From Alphaproteobacteria bacterium (lineage in GTDB: Bacteria; Pseudomonadota; Alphaproteobacteria; CAAHEQ01; UBA3637): a stretch of DNA of 64,000 nt. Below, piece by piece: positions 30,881 to 40,488 of this stretch (position 1 is its first letter; each line of letters begins with the position of its first letter). A program made the translations under genes and the position numbers. Location of the stretch: positions 17,869 through 81,868 of the forward strand of contig JAFPYS010000019.1 of the NCBI GenBank assembly GCA_017412085.1, in the 5' to 3' direction. Under the pieces are notes generated by a model, which did no database searches, was not told where the DNA came from, and saw nothing but the letters and a program-made list of their open reading frames with translations.

Positions 30881-32122
30881 TTATTTCAAGACGATTTTTA
30901 AGAAGTTCTTTTTACCTTTTTGAAGCAAGAATTCTGTCTTGTCAGCGGGTATTTTTGCCATACCGTCAGTTACTTTTTCTCCATCCAAACTTAAACCTTG
31001 TTGTTCAATCAAGCGGCGGGCTTCCCCTTTTGAAGCAAGGAAACCTGTTGCGACAATGAAATCAAGGATGGACACATCTTTAACGGATTCTTTTTCAACT
31101 TGTTTTGTTGGTACATCAACCGAGGCAGCTCCGTTTGAGAAAAGAGATGCGGATGCGGCGACGGCTTTGTCGGCTTCTTCGGCCCCATGGACAAGCTTTG
31201 TTACCTCATATGCCATGCGTTTTTTTGCTTCACGGATATCATTTTGACACATAGAGACAATTTCGGCCGTTGGAATGTCTGTAAAGACTTTTAATAACAT
31301 TTCTGTGTCGGCATCATCAGTATTATAAAAATATTGGTAGAAATGGTATGGTGTTGTTTTGTCGCGCGCAACCCATAATGTACCACTTTCCGTTTTGCCC
31401 ATCTTTTTGCCTTCTTTTGTCATTAAAAGAGGGCTTGTGATGGCAAAGGTATCTGGACATTCTGCCGTTGTTTTTCCTTCTGCCAAATTCATCTTGCGGC
31501 TTAATTCAACGCCTGCCACAATATTACCCCATTGGTCGGAACCGCCAATTTGGACGGCACATCCATAGGTTCTGTTTAAATGAACGAAATCGTATGCTTG
31601 GATGGGCATGTAACCCATTTCAAGGAAGGTCAATCCTCCATTTTCCAATCTAGAAGAATAGGCTTCAGAGGCCAACATTTTGTTGACATTCATGTGAACG
31701 CAGGCAGTGCGTAAAAAGTCAACATAACTGAATTTGTCCATCCATTCGGCATTGCTGACGATACGTGCGGGATTTTCGCCATCTGTGCGAATAAATTGTT
31801 TTGCCAACCGAATAACCTCATCGACATTATGCTGTACTTGATCTTTAGAAAGCATCTTTCTCATATCAGATTTGCCTGTCGGATCGCCAACCAAGGCGGT
31901 CGCTCCCCCGATCAACAAAATGCCGTGATGACCTTGTTTTTGTAACAAACTAAACATACGCAAGGCGAAAAAATGCCCAATATGCAGGCTGTCTGCCGTT
32001 GGATCAATACCAAGATAGAATGTGAAAGGTTTATCGCCATTTAATAAATCAATAATTTCCTTTTCATGAGTCATCTGATAAACGAGACCACGTTCTTTCA
32101 GGTATTCAAAAAAATTCTGCAT
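30881..32122 (-). CDS. tyrS: Tyrosyl-tRNA synthetase
   Basis: YLGIDPTADSLHIGHF (HIGH), KMGKT (KMSKS-like), C-terminal S4 domain. Confidence 0.95.
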   Translation of the reverse strand: MQNFFEYLKERGLVYQMTHEKEIIDLLNGDKPFTFYLGIDPTADSLHIGHFFALRMFSLLQKQGHHGILLIGGATALVGDPTGKSDMRKMLSKDQVQHNVDEVIRLAKQFIRTDGENPARIVSNAEWMDKFSYVDFLRTACVHMNVNKMLASEAYSSRLENGGLTFLEMGYMPIQAYDFVHLNRTYGCAVQIGGSDQWGNIVAGVELSRKMNLAEGKTTAECPDTFAITSPLLMTKEGKKMGKTESGTLWVARDKTTPYHFYQYFYNTDDADTEMLLKVFTDIPTAEIVSMCQNDIREAKKRMAYEVTKLVHGAEEADKAVAASASLFSNGAASVDVPTKQVEKESVKDVSILDFIVATGFLASKGEARRLIEQQGLSLDGEKVTDGMAKIPADKTEFLLQKGKKNFLKIVLK

Positions 32123-32160
32123 TATTTTCTCCTTGTTGTATTTTGATAAGGTAGAGTCTA

Positions 32161-34278
32161 TCACACTTTTTGATTTTTTTCAAGAATTTCTTTTACTTTT
32201 GTCAGCAAATCAGCCAACACAAATGGTTTGGCAATAAAATCAAAATTTTTGGCCTTATTAGAGGTGTGTTTTTCATAAGAATCCGAATATCCAGACATCA
32301 ATAAACAAGGTAAATCCGGGCTGAACTTTTTTGCTTCTTTAATCAAGTGTTCGCCATCCATGCTTGGCATAACCATATCGGTGATTAGCAATTGGAATAC
32401 AGATTTGTCTTGAATAAGTTTCAATGCATCTTCGGCGTTGGAAGCTTGGGTTACCTCAAACCCCTTGGCTTGCAAAGCCCGGGCAGTTACAGTGCGAATG
32501 CTTTCTTCGTCATCTACTAATAAAATAGGGGCCTTTGGAGTCGGTAAAAAGACATTTTGGATTTCCGTGGGTTGTGGGGTAACAATTTCGCCTTTTTCAT
32601 CAAAACGCGGCAAATAGACTGTGAATGTCGTTCCTACATTTTCTATACTGTCTACCTTAATAAAACCGCCCACACTATGAATAATTCCGTAAACTGTGGA
32701 CAATCCAAGGCCGGTGCCCGATTGATTGGATTTCTTTTTGGTGGTAAAGAATGGATCAAAAATATGCGGCAATATGTCAGCGGGAATACCTTTTCCTGTG
32801 TCTGTGATGGATATTTTTACATAAGAACCCGTTGATATGGTATCACTGCCACATAATCTGGCTTTTTTAACATCTTCTTTGGCAATAGAAATAGTCAGTT
32901 CGCCCCCCTTGGGCATGGCATCTTTCGCATTGACGGCGAAATTTAAGAAAACCTGTGTTAATTGGTTGATGTCCATTTTGATAAAGCCCAAATGCCGTTT
33001 GTAATCCATTGTCAGGTGACAATGCGGTGCAATGGCTCGTTGCAAGAGTGAAGTAAGGTCTACAAAGGCATCATGTACGGAAATCATATGCTCTTGAACG
33101 GGGGTTTTTCTGGAAAAAGTCAGTAATTGTCCCACCAAACCAGCGGCCTTTTGGACATTTCCTTTGATGTGCATCAAGTCAGCAAAAGCGCTATCACCTG
33201 CGGGGTGTTGTTGCAGCAAAAGATCTGTAAATCCCATAATGGCTGTCAAGATATTGTTGAAATCGTGAGCAATTCCGCCCGTCAGTTGACCCACAGCCTG
33301 CATTTTGTATGTTTGCATTACCTGTGTTTCTAATTGTTTTTTCGGCGTGATATCTATAAAATACAAGTTGGCTTCTGCTTCATCTGGGGAAGCCCAGGTG
33401 GCATATACCTGATAAGAATCGCCTTGGTGGGTGGCCAATTCAATGGACTTTTCTGAATCTAGTCTGTTATGAGATTTTGTCAGTTTGTTTGTTAGTTTTT
33501 GCAAGGTCTCATCCGTAAAAATATCAGATAGCTGTTTGGGATTGTTAGCTTGATTAAACTTATTGGAGAAGGGCCCATTTGTTTGTAAAATAATCTGAGA
33601 ATCCACTGAAATTTTGGCATAAGGAAGTGGAATATTGTCATTTTTGTTATCAAGCTGCGGTGCAATAACTGGGTGTAATGCCCCAAGGAACAGTGGGCTT
33701 GTTTGTGTTTGAATTTGAACTTGTGTTAAAAGAAATGGACACAGCCCCTGAGGAGTGGAAATAGTTGTTTCTGTTTCAAAACGTTGTTCAAAATTTAAGT
33801 TTGATAAATTCAAAAAAGCGGTAATTTTTTGCCCTAAAATTTTTTCATAAGGGTATCCAATCAAGGTGCTGAAATCAGAATTTATATATATAATTTCCCC
33901 TGATATATCAATAAGATAAAATGGGATATTAATGTTTTGAATTATGTTTTGAAACAGGTCCAATTGGGTTTGAGTAACCTGAGAGATATTTAATCTTTGG
34001 GGTTCATCTTGCGCGGTTATGAGCATCGCATCTGACAGGGGGGCTAAATGCACATGCCAACAAGTATCGTTCTGAATAAAATCTAAAGAAAAAGGGGAAT
34101 GTTGTAAAAGAGCATTTTCTAATTTTTTTAAATCTTCGTTTTGCTTTGATCCTTTAAGGAAGAAAAAAGGATTTTCCGCAGAACCGAAAACCAAATCTCC
34201 CTTTTGGTTGGAGGCAGTAATTTTATTGCCATAAGATCTAATTTGCGCTGCAAAGGGCAGAGCATTTAGAAGATCCAT
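32161..34278 (-). CDS. cckA: CckA-like PAS hybrid histidine kinase with receiver domain, no obvious TM helices
   Basis: H-box GGIAHDFNNILTAIMGFTD; HATPase GTGLGLSTVYGI; receiver LLITDMVMPSMDG; SD AAAGGA before MDLLNALPF. Confidence 0.85.
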   Translation of the reverse strand: MDLLNALPFAAQIRSYGNKITASNQKGDLVFGSAENPFFFLKGSKQNEDLKKLENALLQHSPFSLDFIQNDTCWHVHLAPLSDAMLITAQDEPQRLNISQVTQTQLDLFQNIIQNINIPFYLIDISGEIIYINSDFSTLIGYPYEKILGQKITAFLNLSNLNFEQRFETETTISTPQGLCPFLLTQVQIQTQTSPLFLGALHPVIAPQLDNKNDNIPLPYAKISVDSQIILQTNGPFSNKFNQANNPKQLSDIFTDETLQKLTNKLTKSHNRLDSEKSIELATHQGDSYQVYATWASPDEAEANLYFIDITPKKQLETQVMQTYKMQAVGQLTGGIAHDFNNILTAIMGFTDLLLQQHPAGDSAFADLMHIKGNVQKAAGLVGQLLTFSRKTPVQEHMISVHDAFVDLTSLLQRAIAPHCHLTMDYKRHLGFIKMDINQLTQVFLNFAVNAKDAMPKGGELTISIAKEDVKKARLCGSDTISTGSYVKISITDTGKGIPADILPHIFDPFFTTKKKSNQSGTGLGLSTVYGIIHSVGGFIKVDSIENVGTTFTVYLPRFDEKGEIVTPQPTEIQNVFLPTPKAPILLVDDEESIRTVTARALQAKGFEVTQASNAEDALKLIQDKSVFQLLITDMVMPSMDGEHLIKEAKKFSPDLPCLLMSGYSDSYEKHTSNKAKNFDFIAKPFVLADLLTKVKEILEKNQKV

Positions 34279-34425
34279 ATATCCTTTTTTTATCTTTTTT
34301 TTGAACATAACGACATCATACAAGAGTTTTAAATGAAAATCCAGTAAAATTTTTGTAATAATTTGTCATAAAAATTGTTTAGACGGATTGCTCAACTTGA
34401 TGTATAATATCGGCATAACAAAAGG

Positions 34426-34851
34426 ATGAGTATGGATAAACAAGCTGAAAGTATTATAAAAGATCTTGCAAATTTATTGCGCGAGACTGGTTTAAACGAA
34501 ATTGATTATGAAAAGGATGGGTTGCGTTTGCGTGTTGCATCGAACAGCGGTGTGACTCCCGTTGTTACGACGCCAGCCGCCGAAGTTGTAACAGAAACCA
34601 AACAATCGGATAAGCCTAAGAATTATGTGAATTCACCAATCGTTGGCGTTGTTTATTTGTCGCCCAATCCAAATGCTCCGACTTTTGTAAAAGAAGGAGA
34701 TACGGTGAAAGCTGGGCAAACACTGTGTATGGTAGAAGCCATGAAAACGTTCAATCCTGTCGTGGCCGAAAAAGCCGGAAAAATTAAAGCGATTTTGGTG
34801 GAATCGGGTGCGCCAGTTGAGTATCAACAGCCTTTGTTTGAAATGGAATAA
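34426..34851 (+). CDS. accB: Acetyl-CoA carboxylase biotin carboxyl carrier protein
   Basis: 141 aa; biotinylation motif VEAMKTFN. Confidence 0.95.
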   Translation: MSMDKQAESIIKDLANLLRETGLNEIDYEKDGLRLRVASNSGVTPVVTTPAAEVVTETKQSDKPKNYVNSPIVGVVYLSPNPNAPTFVKEGDTVKAGQTLCMVEAMKTFNPVVAEKAGKIKAILVESGAPVEYQQPLFEME

Positions 34852-34854
34852 AGT

Positions 34855-36201
34855 ATGTTTGAAAAAGTCTTAATTGCCAATCGTGGAGAAGTTGCTTTGC
34901 GTATCCATCGTGCTTGTCGCGAGATGGGGATTAAGACTGTGGCTGTTCATTCTGTGGCCGATGCGAATGCTATGCATGTGAAATTGGCGGATGAGGCCGT
35001 TTGTATTGGTCCGGCCAATGCTAAGGAATCTTATTTAAATAAGGCTAATATTATTTCTGCCGCTTTGATGACTGGCGCAGATGCTATTCATCCTGGATAC
35101 GGCTTTTTATCTGAGAATGCAGATTTTGCCGAAATGGTGGAGGCACATGGTTTGGTTTGGATTGGTCCTAAACCAGATATGATACGAAAAATGGGTGATA
35201 AGGTGGAAGCAAGAAAGTTGGCTAAGGAATGTGGTTTACCCGTGACTCCGGGTTCAGATGAAGAGGTGCAGACGGTTTTGGATGCAATTCAATGGGGTGA
35301 GGCGTTGGGGTATCCTGTCATTATTAAAGCCGCATCTGGTGGCGGCGGCAAAGGTATGCGTGTTGTTAAGCGTGCAGATGATATGGAAATGGCTTTTACT
35401 TTGGCTCAAAATGAGGCACGAGCTGCGTTTGGGGACGAGGGTGTTTATATTGAAAAATATTTCACGAATCCAAGACATATTGAGGTTCAGGTTTTAGCGG
35501 ATAATTATGGACATGTCATCCATTTGGGTGAACGTGATTGTTCTTTGCAACGCAATCATCAAAAGGTGTTGGAAGAAACACCGTCTCCGGCATTAAATAC
35601 AGAAGAACGTGAACGCTTATGTAAGATGGCTGTTGATTTTGTAAAGAAAATTGGTTATTCAAATGTGGGTACTGTTGAGTTTTTGTATGAAAATGGACAG
35701 TTTTATTTTATGGAAATGAACACACGTTTGCAAGTGGAACACCCCATTACAGAAGCGGTGACAGGTTTGGATGTTGTGCGTGAACAAATTCGTATGGCAG
35801 CTGGCCAGACATTGGATATCAATCAAGAGGACATCCAATTTCATGGCGTTGCCATTGAGTGCAGAATTAATGCGGAAGATCCAGACACCTTCACACCTTG
35901 TCCGGGCAAAATCGGCCAATGGCATGTGCCGGGTGGTTTGGCTGTTCGGGTGGATTCTGGTATGTATGCCGGTTGTGATGTGCCGCCGAATTACGACAGT
36001 TTAGTGGCCAAGCTGATTGTGTCGGGGCGGACGCGCAATGGTGCGTTAATGCGCCTACGTCGTGCTTTGGATGAGTTTGTGATAGAGGGTATTTCGACAA
36101 CAATTCCTTTGCATCAAGCCATAGCGCAACATCCAGAATTTATTGATGGACAATACGATATTCATTGGTTGGAAGAATTTATAAAAAGCAGAAAGGCATA
36201 A
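34855..36201 (+). CDS. accC: Acetyl-CoA carboxylase biotin carboxylase
   Basis: 448 aa; KAASGGGGKGMRVV; MNTRLQVEHPITE. Confidence 0.97.
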   Translation: MFEKVLIANRGEVALRIHRACREMGIKTVAVHSVADANAMHVKLADEAVCIGPANAKESYLNKANIISAALMTGADAIHPGYGFLSENADFAEMVEAHGLVWIGPKPDMIRKMGDKVEARKLAKECGLPVTPGSDEEVQTVLDAIQWGEALGYPVIIKAASGGGGKGMRVVKRADDMEMAFTLAQNEARAAFGDEGVYIEKYFTNPRHIEVQVLADNYGHVIHLGERDCSLQRNHQKVLEETPSPALNTEERERLCKMAVDFVKKIGYSNVGTVEFLYENGQFYFMEMNTRLQVEHPITEAVTGLDVVREQIRMAAGQTLDINQEDIQFHGVAIECRINAEDPDTFTPCPGKIGQWHVPGGLAVRVDSGMYAGCDVPPNYDSLVAKLIVSGRTRNGALMRLRRALDEFVIEGISTTIPLHQAIAQHPEFIDGQYDIHWLEEFIKSRKA

Positions 36202-36202
36202 T

Positions 36203-36970
36203 ATGAAATTGACCTTTCGTGTGCCGAGTTTGGATCAAATGTTGGAGGCAACATTATGGACGCAAGAAGATGGCATTACGCCATATTGGCGAAATGATTT
36301 ATACAAGGCATATCCTCAAATAGATCAAGAAAAAGCACTTGCATTGCCAGAAAAAGAACGTATGAAGTACGTTGGGGATATACTGACGCAAATTTATAAA
36401 GAAAAAAAAGATGAGCTGAAGACTTTAAGTAAAAGATGGCAAGAGCGTTGGAATAGCCAATTAGAGCAAATTGAACGTGCCTTTTCACAGGCATACGAAA
36501 TTAATGCGAAGTCAATTTTAAATAATATGACAGCGTATGTGAATTTGAATTTTATCTGTCCAAGATATTTAGACAGCCATTCTTGTTATTTGTTTTACAG
36601 GATAGATCCGGATCAGATGGTGCGAATATGTTTGCATGAAGTAATGCATTTCTTTTGGTTTTACAAATGGCAAGAACATTTTCATGATGATTCGAAAGAA
36701 TATGATACGCCACATTTAAAGTGGATATTTTCTGAAATGGTTCAAGAAACAATGATGCAAGACACACCTATCAAGGATCTGGCCGAATGGAAGGGGAATA
36801 CTTACGATTATTTTTACACAATGAATATTGATGGTAAACCGATTTTAAAAACATTGTCAGATATTCATAAGCAAAAGGGGTTGATTGGTCTGTTTAAAGA
36901 CGGATATCAGTATTGCCAAGAACACGAAAACGAGATTCGGGCAATGATTAAAGAAGCCGAAAATATATAA
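36203..36970 (+). CDS. Uncharacterised protein with HExxH motif (putative metallopeptidase)
   Basis: 255-aa intact ORF; VRICLHEVMHFFWFYKW...FSEMVQE; no family recognised. Confidence 0.7.
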   Translation: MKLTFRVPSLDQMLEATLWTQEDGITPYWRNDLYKAYPQIDQEKALALPEKERMKYVGDILTQIYKEKKDELKTLSKRWQERWNSQLEQIERAFSQAYEINAKSILNNMTAYVNLNFICPRYLDSHSCYLFYRIDPDQMVRICLHEVMHFFWFYKWQEHFHDDSKEYDTPHLKWIFSEMVQETMMQDTPIKDLAEWKGNTYDYFYTMNIDGKPILKTLSDIHKQKGLIGLFKDGYQYCQEHENEIRAMIKEAENI

Positions 36971-36977
36971 TATCTTC

Positions 36978-37004
36978 TTGACAAATATTAATTAAATATG
37001 TCAA
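36978..37004. promoter_or_regulatory. Inverted repeat TTGACA-N15-TGTCAA upstream of the 37036 ORF; left arm is also a -35-like hexamer
   Basis: Perfect 6-bp arms around the centre AATATTAATTAAATA. Confidence 0.35.
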
Positions 37005-37035
37005 AATAGTTGTAGTTCAACACGAAGGAGAGAAT

Positions 37036-37506
37036 ATGAAAAAAGGAAAGAGAATGGCGACGCCAGAAGAAGTTGCTTTAGATATGTTTGAAAAGCGCGA
37101 TTTGATTCGGGCAACAAAAAGGAATTATGTTTGTGCTAAGCGTGATGAGATTTACGATAGATTGGTGCAGGCCAAGGCGTCACAGGATGTTAAGGCTGTC
37201 AGAAGATTGCGGGGACAACTTAGAGAATGTGAAAAACGCATGGCCGTCATCGATGTTCAAGAAAGTGAGGATCATTTGTGTGCTACGCAAACTCAATTGG
37301 CAATGCTTGAGAAGGCAATTAAAGAAAGTCGGAATTTGTCTGAGCGGACGTTCTTGATGAAAAGGGCTGAAGAAAAAGAAAATGACGTATTTGATGCAAG
37401 TATCGGCCTTCGTGATTCAAAAGCTCGTTTAGCGCAGTTTAATTCGCCCAAAGCTAAAAAGAAGACAAGAAGAAAGAAAGTTGTTTCTTGTGACGCGACA
37501 AGATAA
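37036..37506 (+). CDS. Uncharacterised small coiled-coil protein with basic C-terminus
   Basis: 156 aa; GAAGGAGAG SD; charged heptad-like composition; tail KAKKKTRRKKV; followed by a terminator. Confidence 0.75.
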   Translation: MKKGKRMATPEEVALDMFEKRDLIRATKRNYVCAKRDEIYDRLVQAKASQDVKAVRRLRGQLRECEKRMAVIDVQESEDHLCATQTQLAMLEKAIKESRNLSERTFLMKRAEEKENDVFDASIGLRDSKARLAQFNSPKAKKKTRRKKVVSCDATR

Positions 37507-37518
37507 TTTGTAAACGAA

Positions 37519-37549
37519 AATCCCCGGCTAAATGCTCGGGGATTTTTTG
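37519..37549 (+). terminator. Rho-independent terminator
   Basis: AATCCCCG...CGGGGATT then TTTTTG. Confidence 0.8.
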
Positions 37550-37565
37550 TCTTTAAACGAGGGTT

Positions 37566-39164
<1,599 letters not shown>

Positions 39165-39308
39165 TTAATTCTCCTTTGGCAACTGATTAAAATCTGGGGG
39201 GACAATAATTGATTCTCCATTTACAACCTGAGTTTCATCCAAATCTGGTTTATAGGGAGCACATGACGTTAAAATCAGGCACACAAACAAGCACAGTAAT
39301 ATTCTCAT
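39165..39308 (-). CDS. 47-aa BamF-like (DUF3035-type) mini-lipoprotein (not in ORF track)
   Basis: MRILLCLFVCLILTSCAPYKPDLDETQVVNGESIIVPPDFNQLPKEN; lipobox LTSC; GGAGG SD; next to lspA. Confidence 0.65.
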   Translation of the reverse strand: MRILLCLFVCLILTSCAPYKPDLDETQVVNGESIIVPPDFNQLPKEN

Positions 39309-39751
39309 TTTTTCCTCCTTAATGTTTGCCACAGTATAATTGCCACGCCAATACAGATAGCAGAATCAGCAATATTGAAAGCGGGCCAATGATAATTCCC
39401 CCAATGAAAATCCAAAAAGTCAACGACAACTCCATAGCGAAGCCTATCCCAGACATTTCCAATTGCACCGCCCAAAACCAACATTAAGGCAAAGCGCGTC
39501 CATGTGTCTTTTTCCTTTCTGAAAGCATATAGAATAAAAGCGCAGATGATGCAAGCGATACCAATCAACACCCAAACGCCATAGGGACTGTCGGCCCGAA
39601 GCATAGAAAAGCTGATGCCGGGGTTAAAAGTAAGATAAAAATTAAAGATGGGTAAGATCGAAACTGGCGTGTATGCATCCAAATATTTTAATGCCGTATA
39701 TTTACTGAGCCAATCTAACGCAAAAACAATAACAGGAACCAGGTATAACAT
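39305..39751 (-). CDS. lspA: Lipoprotein signal peptidase
   Basis: 148 aa; DWLSK; GGAIGNVWDRLRYGVVVDF; FNIADSAI. Confidence 0.93.
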   Translation of the reverse strand: MLYLVPVIVFALDWLSKYTALKYLDAYTPVSILPIFNFYLTFNPGISFSMLRADSPYGVWVLIGIACIICAFILYAFRKEKDTWTRFALMLVLGGAIGNVWDRLRYGVVVDFLDFHWGNYHWPAFNIADSAICIGVAIILWQTLRRKK

Positions 39752-40488
39752 TAATAATCCAGCTTAACGCCCCTCCAATTTGTGTGATTTGTGTTGGGAA
39801 CAACTTTTACAACCGCCGATTTTGGATTTTGCATGCGTCCAACAAAGCGTTCAACCAGACGGCGAGGTGTGACATCATCATCTTTGCCAACATAGTGAAC
39901 TTGAGGAATATTTGCTAAAATGTTTAATTTGTCCGCAGGATCATCGATATCTTCTGGATCGCCCCCCTCTATATCATGTTGAGTGTTATACGCCGCGACA
40001 TCTGTAATTCCGGCCACAGTTATCACTCGACTTGTGGGGAATTGTGGCGCCATATTCAAAGCAATAACCGCGCCCCCATCATAACCAATCAATTCAACAG
40101 ATGGAGCTTGGTGCTTGCGAATAAGATAATCCGTTAATTCTTTCATCTCTGCCATGATTTCTGGATGAAAACGGGCTTCTTGATAGATTTGCTTCTTTTG
40201 TTCACAGATCTTATCATTTGTCCATTGGCAAGGACGGGCGACATAAATAACATTTGGTGTTTTGTCTGCTTCCGCCAGATCAAAAGCGACCGTGTGGTAT
40301 GGATTGGGATTGCCATCGCCTTCATAATAAATACGTAAAGGCTTCCCCTTTTGAATGGAAGATTTTTCCCAAACAGCAATAGAAAAATACCCGGTTTCAA
40401 TTTGTTTCTCTTGAAATTTATTAGAATGCGGAGCTATTGCACAGCCACAAAGTAACAGGGCAGTTACAAAAATGGAAAGCTTTGTCAT
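39751..40488 (-). CDS. Predicted lipoprotein with alpha/beta hydrolase-like fold
   Basis: Lipobox LLCGC; ELIGYDGGAVIALNMA nucleophile-elbow-like (GYDGG); YVGKDDDVTPR. Confidence 0.65.
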   Translation of the reverse strand: MTKLSIFVTALLLCGCAIAPHSNKFQEKQIETGYFSIAVWEKSSIQKGKPLRIYYEGDGNPNPYHTVAFDLAEADKTPNVIYVARPCQWTNDKICEQKKQIYQEARFHPEIMAEMKELTDYLIRKHQAPSVELIGYDGGAVIALNMAPQFPTSRVITVAGITDVAAYNTQHDIEGGDPEDIDDPADKLNILANIPQVHYVGKDDDVTPRRLVERFVGRMQNPKSAVVKVVPNTNHTNWRGVKLDY

